Made by a program: the position numbers and the translations under genes | Notes under the pieces: generated by a model | What the model was told of the DNA's origin: nothing | The model's input: only the letters and a program-made list of their open reading frames with translations | Databases searched by the model: none | In this document: positions 13,100-24,590 of the stretch, in pieces | How the letters are laid out: the number at the start of each line of letters is the position of its first letter | Numbering within the stretch: position 1 is the stretch's first letter | Assembly (NCBI GenBank): GCA_036172245.1 | Contig: JAYWIR010000001.1 | Span: 4,154,001 to 4,218,000, forward strand | From: Raillietiella orientalis | Lineage: Eukaryota | Direction of reading: 5' to 3' | Length of the DNA stretch: 64,000 nucleotides

Positions 13100-14100
13100 G
13101 TTCTCTTAGTCCTTACAGTCCATTCTGGACTGCAAATAGACGTAATAAGCAATCAGCTTTCTCGAACTTTCTGGCAGCTGCCGTAGCATGGTCATATGTC
13201 ACTGCTGAAACCAAAAAGCCATCGGACTTGGCATCAGATTCGATCATTCCGTTGTACCCAGTCCAACAGGCGGTCGCGAAACTTTATGGTACTTTACCAC
13301 ATTGACCTTGGACACTTTCTCCACCGTAGAATGGATTTCAGCATTGCCAAAAGCGACTCCAATATTCCACCGGAGCGAACTCTTACCACTGAAAAGCAGG
13401 CGTGGTGCTCACAAACAAAACCAAATGGTTGCCTCAGTTTTCGTCTTCCTCTTTTATCTTCCTTCAAATCCAGGTAATCAGGAATTGCTGTGTATGGAAA
13501 GAATATATCGAATATAAAACGGCGAGTAAGAAAGAAATTATTGGATCTCAGCTAATGATTCAAGCGTTTATTTTCTAGCACGCATCTCCAGGGGCATAAA
13601 TACGCGCGCGTTTTAAAAGGATATAGGAAAAAATTTCCATCTTCACTTACAAGATGATTCCAGAGACTGAAAAGTCCTGTGAAGACAGATTACTGAGAAC
13701 TTTCGAAGTTTTCCCTCTGGCATCTCTTCAGGGCATTCTTTTCAGAGACTCTTCTTCTCTTCCCTCCCTACAGCCGTTGTCAATTGTCGAAATCATTCAT
13801 GCCGTGGCGTGGATGAAATACCTCAGCAATCCAACTTTCTTTCATGATATAAAAGAAAGCAATGGCTCTTTGGGGATGTTTATGTGTGTCTCCGAAAACC
13901 CCCTCTGTGAGCTGCTCATTCCTTCCATGATAAACCCAGCGAATGAAGTCGGAAAACAGGAACCTCCGCCATGTTGGATGCAATAAAAAAAGAGCTTGAG
14001 AAAGTGGACCATCAATTGGATTACAAACTAACCGATTTCTAAGAGAAGTCTGACCACTCACTAATGGAAATAGAAAGCAGGTTTAATCTGTCTGAGTGTT
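13100..14100 (-). mobile_element. Degenerate LINE ORF2 fragment (APE to early RT)
   Basis: Minus-strand VFGDTH (GDFN-like) and downstream RKCPRS (KSPG-like); very decayed. Confidence 0.3.
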
Positions 14101-15714
14101 TTGTTAACAATTCTTTGAAATCAACCAGCCTTGAATCAGTGGTGGCTTTCCTCTTATGGCATCCGGCAGCATGCTTTGGTCCATGATGACTGAATGCTTC
14201 TGCTAACCCACCATAATCTTATGCATAAAGCTCTTCAGGTGCTTATATAAGGACATTCAAACCATGTCTTTCTATTTTGTTGCTGTCTTTCCACCTGACG
14301 TCAGAGGCTAACACTTCCAAGTTTTAGACTTTAGCTGATCTCTCTGATCGTAAGATTCAGCGTGCGCTTTCCATTCGATCATCTTTCAAGGCTGATGTGT
14401 TCTCTCCAAAGCAAGCAAATGCTCATTCAGTAAATATTGGAGTATATTTCAGGAAATACTAGAAAATTGTATCACAGAAAGCCCCTGGAAATTGCATTCT
14501 CTCGCGCAAACGAGCTGCTTCTCGTTACTTCTCGATCCTCCGTTCGTTTCTCAGCATCCGCGAAATTTCATCTTTGCTCGTCGCGAAAGAGCTTTGTTTA
14601 AGACGAAGAAGCAGCAGGAAAAAAATGGCTTTCAGTCCGCTTACATATAATATCTAAGTGAACATGATAAACTGATCATTATTTGATCAACACAGCCATG
14701 TATTGTACGGAATATTCATCATTGGATCTCAAGAAGAGAAATTCAGATTGCTTGGATTTATGAATGCTGTAAATGTATACAGGATCGATGAGTGGACGGT
14801 ATTAATAAATACGGAATTTTCTGCAATGTAGTGTGGCTCTGAAAACTGTTGTATTATTCTTATATTATTAAAATATTTGAAGGTTAGACAGCCATTCCTA
14901 TCAGTAGTTTTCATCCATTTACTTCGATGTTCAGGTGCGGCACTCAACGCAGGTCAATGGAACTCAGAAATGTGGAGAGGAAAAACTTTGGGGCTAATGA
15001 TTGCTAATTTTTCTTCGCTGCCTTCTTTAGTTTTTTTTTTTTTTTTTTTATATGGGGAGTTTCACGAAATAACTAATTTTTATCGATCTGTCTTCAAAAA
15101 ACTTCCTCGCGAAAATGTTTGGGACGTTTGTGATCAGTCATCCATTCCTGGGGAAAAAATCTGGAGAGGAAATCTACTGAAAGAGTGACTCGCGGAGCTC
15201 TTTAGTTGAACCATTTATTTTTACTGGTTAGATTACGCTTAACACCCATATGAGAATGAATGCCGTGATATGTTCGTGGATGCCTGGTCTCAAGTTGCAG
15301 CCCATCCCAGGTCTTCTTCACCCACAGGAAGGGTCGCAACGGAAATCACCTAGCTAAGAGTTCGCTCTGCTTCCTTGGAATCAGGGAGGTTCATTGAATG
15401 AATGGTCATCTTGTAAGATGTCGCTCGAACCAATTCTGCGTCCTCCTCGACTTTGTGTGCAATTCTTGAAAACTGAGCTTATCCTCAGATGGCGCTTCCG
15501 TACAAAGGCCTCAGTTCCCTGGTCCACGAAGCAGGCGATTGAGTTGAATGCCTGCTCCGGCTCCTTTTTCACATCATCCTGGTAAGGCGTAACGGGAGGC
15601 TACTTGATAATTGCGATCTCCAGTCAGTAGTTCAGGTTTTCCTGGACCTCGTGTTCCTTTCGCCTTCTTCGAGACGATGCTTGAAACGGGATTCGGACTG
15701 CGAAATGCGCTTCC

Positions 15715-16555
15715 TGCTGAATGTAAAATGTTCGCCTTCGTAGTAGCTTCACATCACCACTACGGAAGAAAACGCCTTTGTGGCGCTGTTTCTCGTGAGC
15801 AGCTCTCCGATGAGGTCCGTACAGGAGGAGTTGGAGAAGGGGTAAACAAAAAGAAAAAACACGAAAGTTCATTTTAAAAAATGTTGGGGGCAAAGGGAAG
15901 AGGTCACGGATTTCTTTCTGCCGTCCTCAGCATTCTCTGGAGGATGTTGGCAGCTTCCTCCTTTTATTGGCAGAGATGTGACCATCTTGCCGCCTTCCTT
16001 ATGAAGTAGCAGGAGCTTGGGATGACCTCTCGTTCGACCGGCCTCTTTCGGGGTGGCTTCGTGCCGCCACAGTCCCACGAAGGCAGCACAGGGCTGCAAC
16101 GGGAGCTCCAGGTGACATCAAGTCGCGCGTGAAGAAGCACCGCAAAGTCTCTTCCGTTGTCCATCGGGAGTAGAAGGGTAGCTGCGAAGCGTTTCCAAAC
16201 GCTCAGGAGGGCAGCACAATCCAAAACCAGGTGCGAGAAGGTTCCTTGTTCCCTACACCTGTATGGGGAGTTTCAAAACGGTAGTGCCTGGCTGCAGGAA
16301 ACTGTTCCCACATAGGCGAGGAACCAGGAAGGATGCCGGGAACAGCCACAGCGTTTCCTGTACGAGCCCTACAGCAACCGCTCTCTAGGAGAGATCGAAA
16401 CCCAGGAAAAAGTATGTGGGCAGAAAGAACCTTCCTTGCCGCAGAGCTGCCCTCCCTGAGAGGACATATTGGCAGCAGCGGGTAGATGTGAGGTTAGTGT
16501 GGAAATCTTCGTCAGGAGAAGAGAACTGGGTGAGTGGACGACGGGCCAGCTAACG
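15715..16555 (-). mobile_element. L1/Tx1-like LINE 3' fragment (zf-RVT + 3'UTR)
   Basis: RCREQGTFSHLVLDCAALLSVWKRFAATL, then a T-rich tract and GGACCTCATCGG of the 3'UTR. Confidence 0.8.
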
Positions 16556-16559
16556 GAGC

Positions 16560-17375
16560 TACGACCCCGGATGATCCACCACCAGGACTTTCGTACTGGG
16601 GCGAGCTACTGGATATTCCGGTGGAAAATCTGCAATGACCTCCAGTGCTTCTGGACAGGAGCACCCTCCGCTTAAAGTGACAGGAGCCGGTAGTGATTCT
16701 GCCTCACTGGAGCCTCCCGTGCAATCCCCACCGGCATCACTGGACACGGGTGCACATGGACCCGAACCGTGCCAGGTGAGGGGAGTGCGAATTCATCCCA
16801 CATCTGCTTGTGGATTGAGTTGCCCTGCGGCCCCTCTGGGAATGCTTCTCCGCGACCCGAGGAACCCCCGACCACAACTTCAGGGACACTGTACGACCCC
16901 TCTTTCTACGTGATGTCCTTCGGCCGGAAGCCTCGCTTGCAGCTCTCTGCTGCCTACGTGGGACTGTGGCTGCCTGGAGCGACGCAAGAGGAGGACCGAG
17001 CGACAGGGGTGCCACATCCACTTCGCCATCAGATTCGCGAGGATGGCAACAAGATGGTCCCACTTGAAATACTCTATGCAGCAAGAGCTTGCCGTCGTCC
17101 TCCAAAGGATACAGAGGGCCGTCCCCAACAAGACATGATCCCATCCTTCCCCACCACCCCCAATTTATTTATTTATTTTTGTTTTTGTTTTTTTTTTCTT
17201 TTGTTTGCTCACTTCCCTCTGCTGCCCAGGAGGACCTCACCGGTCTGCGAAGCGGTAGCCCGGAAGGCTCTTGTAAAATTGCACGTGGTTGGACCATCGG
17301 TCCAGCTACAGAGATTGTGGTTGTTTATTTTGATATGAAGTAAACGGCCCGGAGCACCCGGGTGATAATCAAAAA
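16560..17375 (+). mobile_element. L1/Tx1-like LINE 3' fragment (zf-RVT + 3'UTR)
   Basis: LHWSLPCN..HHWT...PHLLVD*VALRPLW, a T-tract at about 17164-17206, the structured 3'UTR, terminal hairpin CCCGG-AGCAC-CCGGG (17348-17362) and a short A run. Confidence 0.85.
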
Positions 17376-17888
17376 GAGACCATCTGATGCGAAGCACCCT
17401 CAAGGGGTTCTCGGCAATCGTGGTATCGGAAAGCGTTTCCTCCCGTTCGGTAGTCTGTCTTCGTCCTACGACAGAATGCATATGAAAAAAAATTCCATCA
17501 CGCAAGCTGAAAGAACTTCTGCCGATGTGCCGCGAGCCACTTTGCTGCTAGTTTCATCAGAAATTCAGAATTCGGAATGCAACTGGAAAGGAACCTTCTG
17601 TCCGGTACGACCAGAGGCGAGGTCAATTCGTCTTGAAAGACAAAAGCAAACAGTGCTCAAGAGAGGAGTGTTCTTTCCCGTACACCACCTCCCGTTCTTG
17701 TGGACACCAAACGCAACCGTTCGTTCCCTGAAAGCGATCGTTCGAGCTTGCCGTGAGTCTTTCGGGGCCGTAAGTTCGAGGTAGGCATGATTCCCTCCTG
17801 GCAGGTGTCCGCAGGGAAGAGGTAAGGGCGTCACGGAAAGAGGGTCGCTAATCGGACCCGACAGAAGGTTCCAACACGGAAAGAGGGT

Positions 17889-18622
17889 CGCGTTGGCGAC
17901 CGCGCGGCTGCGGTCTCCGCGAGCGTGGCTTCAGGCGTCGCGGGTTCGAATCCAGCCTGGGGAAGGGTTGACGCTGAGAACAGGGGTGCATCATGAGTTT
18001 CCAGTCCCCCGCGGGATGATCTTGGTCAGCCCATGGACTCCGGATGCGGCACTGGTGCTAGAAATCCCCGGATGCTCCCGTTGACTGGCAAGGATTGGAA
18101 ATCCGGGGTCATTCCAGGAATCAAGGAACCAGTTGGCTCCCTTTGGGTTTCCCCTCCAGTTATTAAGATGGGGTCGTCATAGAGCTGTTCGTACCATGCA
18201 GCTCTATGATACTCCCTCCGGGAGTTGCCTCTTCAGGGTGTTGCAGAAGCACGCTGCTTCCTTCGGGGAGCGCCCTTCAGAGAAATATGAAAGCATTCCT
18301 TCGAGTTCTCTCCGATGAATAAATTCCAGAAGCAGATCTTTTCTAGGTTCCCTTAGCAGAAGAATAATGGAGTGACCGCTTCTAGGGGTCCCTTTGGAGA
18401 AAATAAGAAGGAGATAACTAGGATGAGGGTTTCTTCCAAGAGTAAGAGGAAAGGACTCCTTCCTCCGGAACCTTCCTGGTCATATGGCGATTCCTCTTGG
18501 TTTATCCCTTAGTCTGAGGGATCACACGCACCCTCGGATGGCATGGACAGTGTTGAAAGAGCTTCGTGAGCCTCCCCTAAGGAGGTGGGCGGTTCTTCTG
18601 CACCTGAAGATCCAGAAAAAAA
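17889..18622 (+). mobile_element. tRNA-headed SINE-like element, copy 2
   Basis: B box GGTTCGAATCC at 17943-17953, core GGATGCTCCCGTTGACTGGCAAGGATTGGAA, ~40-bp subrepeats, tail hairpins and A run. Confidence 0.85.
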
Positions 18623-20549
18623 GCTCGAAAAAACAAAAAAAAATCCAGAAGGAATAAGTGGAGACGGAAGAGCCCAAAAGAAGCTCTGCGATCGCGCTAA
18701 GCGGACGTGTGCAGGCGATCTTCAAGAACCGCAAACAGCAGCCCTTCCTGGCGCACTCCATTTGAACTGACTACTGAATGTAACGAAGCAACGTTGTGTC
18801 CTCAAGCAGGTTGTGGGTGTTTGCCGCAGTTCCTGGACTCTGGCCACGTCTCGTATTATCAGCATCGGAAGCCCGAGTCGAGGTTTCCGGGAGGAACTGT
18901 TTCTGTTTGCAACGACTTCTACTGGAATCCTCGTGGGTTGCTCGGCGACTTATTCGTCTGACACTCCTTTTAGGTAAATTTTCTAGCGGTGCGTTCCATA
19001 AGGATGTGGTGGAATGCTCGACCTATTTCCTTGCCGCCAAATCTTACTTTAGGATCGAATCTTCCACGATCTTTTCGAATTCGCTTCTGGCTTTCCTCTC
19101 AATCCTTCCAAAGCCTCTTCTGCCTTTGCTGAGTACCCGAATCTTGCATCCGTTTTTCTGCATCCTTGGAAACCGTTGCCTGCGTCAGGAGCAACTTATT
19201 CCAGCCTCAACACGAGCTTCGCTACGCAAAAGCAGGAAGGTGGCTTCCCGGAAGCTTCCGCGAACAGCACTTAAGCATTGATGTCTTTTCCAGCTTCCAC
19301 GCTACAGAGAATGAAGTGAGAGAAATGATGAGTACAGCAGCAGCTGGAGTGCGTCCGGAGACACAATGGAGCCAATTCAGGTGACGTTTCCTCCATGTTA
19401 TCACCGTGCTCTGGCTGCAACCCACGGAGGTCACCATTTTCGGGGTCACATCCATTTCTGTGGACACCAGACACGACCCCGAAGGAAATCATGTGAGGTT
19501 TCCCAGACAACCAAAAAGAATTTCTCTGAGCTCCTGTTAGTTCTTGCATCAAGTGAGTAGGGAGAGGGGGGGAGAGATCTTGGAAATACCACCAGACTAA
19601 AAGATTCTGAGAGACGAAGATCACGGTGGCTGATTGCCAGCTGAAGGTAGCGAGTCCCTAGTGCCATATCTGGAAAGCCAAGAGGATGGAACTCGGATCA
19701 CGGCAGATTCTCCGATGCTTTCCAGAGGCAGTTCCAGAGAGATGAGTATTCCAGCGTGATCTTCATTAAGTGACCCACTTGAACCCGGATGTGCTCCTAT
19801 AAGACCTTTGGGTGGTGGGGGGGTATTCTTAGAAAATGTCGGGAGATGTCGAGAGAACTTTCGAATGATCCATGGATGTAAGCAAACCATAGAATCACTG
19901 GAATCCTCCGAAGATCCTGTCGAATGGACTTCGAGGAGTCGAGTGATCTATCCAAGTCTTCAATCTTCTGAAAATAGGATGCAAGAGACGAGCAAATTGA
20001 AAATGTTTCAGCTGGTGCTGCAAAAGGAGTACCAGACTTCAGACGAGGCAGAGCTCGCAGTCTCTTCCTAGTGTGTAGACGCTACGGTGCTCCCGTTGCG
20101 GTGGAAACGGGATGTTCTGAGGTTTCCGAGCCGGCGATTCCTGTACAGCAATCAGCACAGACACCTCGAGGAGACTCGAACTGCGCGAGGACTGCAGTAT
20201 CTTCGGGGGCAGCTGGAGGAAACTCCTTCTAGATTGGAGGAGCATCTTCCAAAGGTGAGAAGTCGCTCTCGCCCAACCAACAATTCTGTGTGAGTCGAAG
20301 TGCTTCGGGCGTTCTTGTTCTTCGAATTTTGCGTGAAGATTTCAATTCTCGGGAGAGAACTGCTCCTCTCATGTCTCTGATCGGACTCTGCTCACCATGG
20401 GAAGAGCTCCTCACTCCAGCAGAGCTCAGAGCTTTCTTCGTGCGCGCGCATCCTTTTTGGTTCCGCTCACGGAGCGACAATTTTTCCTTCTGTTTTGCCC
20501 CGGTCCGTCGTCTGGGAGCTCTGAAGATTCGTGGGAGCTGGAAGGACGC

Positions 20550-21450
20550 ACTATCGCTCACTATGCAGCCGTGGAACCAGCTGCGCCTCGTTCCCAGTTT
20601 CTCAAAAAGCTTCCATTTCCTCCGGAACGCCATCCGATCGGCTCCCCGGAATCGATCAAGTGTCCATCCATCTGTCTCCAGCCCCCCGGAATGGACGGTT
20701 TCCGCCCGCTCTCTCCCCTTTGCGCTGTGCGCGCGCGACCCCCTGATCATCCTAAGCACATTCGTGGACGCAAACTTGCAGCACTGCTCGCGGCGGCCAT
20801 TAGCGTGGATCGATGGAACTACGTCCACATGACGATATTCTCCCCCGGATTTCCTCTCGGAAAAGTTTCTTCCTCGTCCTCCACGAGTCGCGTACCCTCT
20901 CCGGCTGAGCGCCACGTAATGCAGCTCGACTTCCGGTACAATCCTTCCAGCTCCGTCAAATTATGGTCTCATCTTTCTCTCCGAACTGCTGGAAAACGTA
21001 ATTTGTAGGCTTTCCGCATGCATCCAAACGCTTCCCCCTTTCCCTCCCTTTTGCATTTATGGGAACCGGTTCTTTCGCTGCTTTCCCGCTGGGTCGCTCT
21101 GGCAGCGCGCACTAGCCGAGCTCGAGGAAGCTCGCGGGTACAAGTGGATTCGAAAGCGCGTCGTCATGCATACGATTTATATCCCTCACTACCGGATGCT
21201 TCCAGTAACACTCTTGGGGAAGACGTAGCTGAGGAACAAACTGTTTGTGTCGGTTTCCAGATCTGGACTGGGATTGACCAGTGGTTTTTCGTGGTTCAAT
21301 ACGAGGAAGGAGATTTTTCTCCTCTTTCGGACGACAAGCTTGCTCGTGGTGCTTGCTAACATAGAGACCAAAGAATCCAAGACACCCAGGTATCTATCCC
21401 TCATTCTTCTTCGACCTTCTTGCTCGAAGAAGCAGCTTTGAGACAGTGGA
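20550..21450 (+). mobile_element. Degenerate L1-like RT domain
   Basis: GFRPLSPLC...KLAALLA, SPGFPLG, HAYDL, SGLGL and RYLS occur in RT motif order across frames. Confidence 0.55.
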
Positions 21451-24199
21451 ACCGGATGCGGCTGCAGCAGACTCTCTGCTTTCGACACTCGGCTCTGCTC
21501 CATTTCCCATCTTCCTGCGGTAAAGAATTTACCACGGGAAGGTACGAAATTACCAGAAGCAGTACAGAATTTATCAGACAGCTATCCGGAGGAATGATGC
21601 TTATTGGAAATTCTTTCATGGGAGCTGCGATCAGGTCCCCGGAAGACCTCAGGAACAGCTGCGCAACTCTCCTGAAGCGATAGTATTCCGCGATGCTGCT
21701 ACTACATTCGGCTCCTCCTTGCAGCTCTCGCCTGCACCAGTAAACCACTCCGGCGGGACGTCTCTTTCCCAAACACAAACACGCAGCTCACCCGCATCAG
21801 TAAATCCACTGGTCCGTGAAACTCCCAATGGGAGGAGGGGAAAAACAGAAAGCAGACACCCAGCGACGCGCGTGCCGGCTACACTGAAAAGCAGGAAGAG
21901 GACGGCAAATGAGTACATCGAAGGACCAGGGTCACCGGTCATACCCGTTGCGTCTTCTGCGACCTCCGTGCGATGCGGGCGATGTCCTTCTCCACCCCGG
22001 CACACTCCGAAGACCAACCTTCCGTATTCCTCATCACTGAGGACTCCGAGCGTGTGGTCCTTCTCCTCCTTCTGCTGGTCTGTCGGCCATCCCTAATACT
22101 GACATGCCTCTTCCGGACAAACCGCTTTCAAGCTGGACGGCATGCTCCCTTCGGATTCCTTCGAATTTCACTTATTTGACCTGATTGTTCTCTCCCAATA
22201 CAGAAAAAAATGACCATTTTGGCTTGTGTCACTTTCGTGCAAGGATGGGAGCTCCTGCATCCTGACATCTGGATAGTCGTTCTCTGCTGCAAGCATTTAT
22301 GATGCGCTTCAGGTAGCTGCTTTGCCTGCAGCAACCCTTGCTGGTTTGAAATTTTGGACCTTGGATTTCTGCTTCTTCATCCTGTCACGCCAGATAAACA
22401 GTAATCATGCTGTAGCTGGAACTGTGCTTCAACCAAGGGGTAACCACTCCCAATTTCCGCGTGCGGTGAATGGCGCTCCGCACGCCGTCGGCGGGTGAGA
22501 AAACGGCGCGATCGTCGCTCACCTGGTGGGATATTCCGACCGTAGAGGTTTTCACGTTTATTCAGATTTCCTTTTCGGGTCTTCCTTTCACGTGGCAGTA
22601 AGATGTCGAGAGGGGCAAGAGAAATCGGAAATTGTGGGTTCTCTCTTCACCCACCCGGAGCGTTCCAGTACTGCCGGGAGTCCTAGTCCCTGCTTTCCTT
22701 TTTTGCCTCTGGACACGAAGAGCTCAACGGAGGTTCTTCTCCCGGGACCTTTCGCCTATTTTCGGTCCTTTTTCCCGTCCTCTCCACGTTCCTCTTTCTT
22801 GTTTATTCCTTCTGGAACATTTCCGTTCCTCACTTTGCTGGAACCCAGCCGCTGAAGAGGAAAAGAGAAGCATTCCTTCTGAGGGTCTAGGAGATGATTT
22901 GGTTAGGAGTGTGTGTTACAGAGGTAGGAGAGGCTGCAGAAATCGGCGTACCGGCTCGACACGCAAGAGGAAATGGAATCATCCAGCATAGAGTCCGCGT
23001 CTTCCCTCGGGAGCTCGTTAGCGCAAACGAGCTGCTCCCGGAAGAGGACTCTCTTGAGTTTTCCCGCAGTCGGATCACATCGCGCGGAAATCTTCATTCC
23101 GAGGAACCGAGGCGGCGGGGGAGGAAATGGCGAGGGCTCCACCTCTTTGGGCGGGAAGATGAATGCGTCGAAGGTGCTCGCGGTCATCCATTTTACATTC
23201 CTTGTCGAAGACCCATTGCTGCTCTTCCAGAACCTGATGGACCTTGTCAAGGGATGCAGTCGCTAAGCCTCCATGTCTTTCCGACGACGCAATGGCTCTC
23301 CATTGTCCCCGTTGCCGTGCAGAGTGATGAGAGAAACTCAAATGAGCTTCTCAGGGAGTGGCGTGCGTTGAGAGTCCACTCGATGGCTATCCTGTTCGCA
23401 CGTGCCGGAAGGCTCAACGAGATCCCCAAATGAAAATGAGGGGGAGGAAAGGGGGAGGGGAGGAATCGGCGCATCAAAGACAACGCAGAACCTGGTTGAC
23501 TGGTTGACGTGGCTCCTAGTCTCGTCTCTCGAGAGTGGCTTATGCAGAAGCAGACTTGAAGCTCCTTCCTCCTCCCCGTCCCCTCTTTGGACCACCGATT
23601 CACTGATATCCCTCCAGCTTTCCAGACGACCGAGATGGGATTGGCCCTCCAGCTTCGGCGAGGGCCACGGGGCACGAAAAAGTCCCTTCGATTCGCTGTT
23701 GGCCATCGTGCAGGCGTGAAGCGGAGTGGATAAGTGGCACTTCTACGGAAAACCTGTGACGTGTATTGCATCGCCTTTTTTTCTTTTTTTTCTTTTCTTA
23801 TTTGTTTTGGATTGCATCCGAGTGAGAGAAGCTTTCATTTACAGCAGCTGTTTCCAACAATGCATCGTTCCCTTAATACGTTCCAAGATCTTCCCTTTTC
23901 TGTTCGTGCTCCAGATAATGGATTCAGCGCTTCAGGAACCTCAGTTTGCAGCCGAGCTCCCAGAGAATTCTTGAGCCTCGGCTCATCCAGGAAAACGGAT
24001 TTTGGTGCGAGGGGGGGGAGAAACTTCGTGCTGGAAGTGGAATGCGGTGCCTTCACGAGGAACTCAGTGAATGACTTCCGGGTGTCTCTTGCGAGAACGT
24101 TCTGGCGCTCTACCAATTATTTCACGACGAGTGGGAGACGGACGATACGCAGCTGCCACGAGCACCGCATCTGGGGGAAAAACGGCCATTCTATAACTG

Positions 24200-24590
24200 C
24201 CCGGTTTCGGAATCTGCTAGTGAAAGCTCGGAGCAGGGGGATGTAGATATGGAAATCTGGGATGAAACACCCATTACTCTAGCAAAGGGAGCCATGCGCT
24301 TTGACTCTTGCCTGTACGTTATTCGTGGACCCACTGAGCAGAGGGGTTGGTGGTCAAAGAGAAGTGCTTGGCTCTTTGCGAATCGTTTTCTTCAATGCTT
24401 GCGTTAATATTCGAACCCAAGTGGACCGTAGGGTGCCATCTGGCGCCCAGGCTCTCGTTAAACAAGTCGGTAGGATTTTCAACGGCTGGAGGCCGACGGC
24501 TGTCTCTTCTTCGTCAAGTGATCATCTAGCAGATGTTTTAGTGGTCTGCCTCGCTCATCTTATTTCAATGCTGGTAAGCGTGTACATTGA
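24200..24590 (+). mobile_element. Degenerate RT fragment (domains 1-2)
   Basis: WRPTAVSS...LADVLVVCLAHLISMLVS resembles WRPIsL...KilakvLa.RL. Confidence 0.5.

Noticed and set aside
17832-17891. 17-bp direct repeat CACGGAAAGAGGGTCGC as the TSD of SINE copy 2
   Set aside because: Both copies lie at or upstream of the SINE head (17832-17848 and 17875-17891), so this is a small local duplication rather than a flanking TSD.
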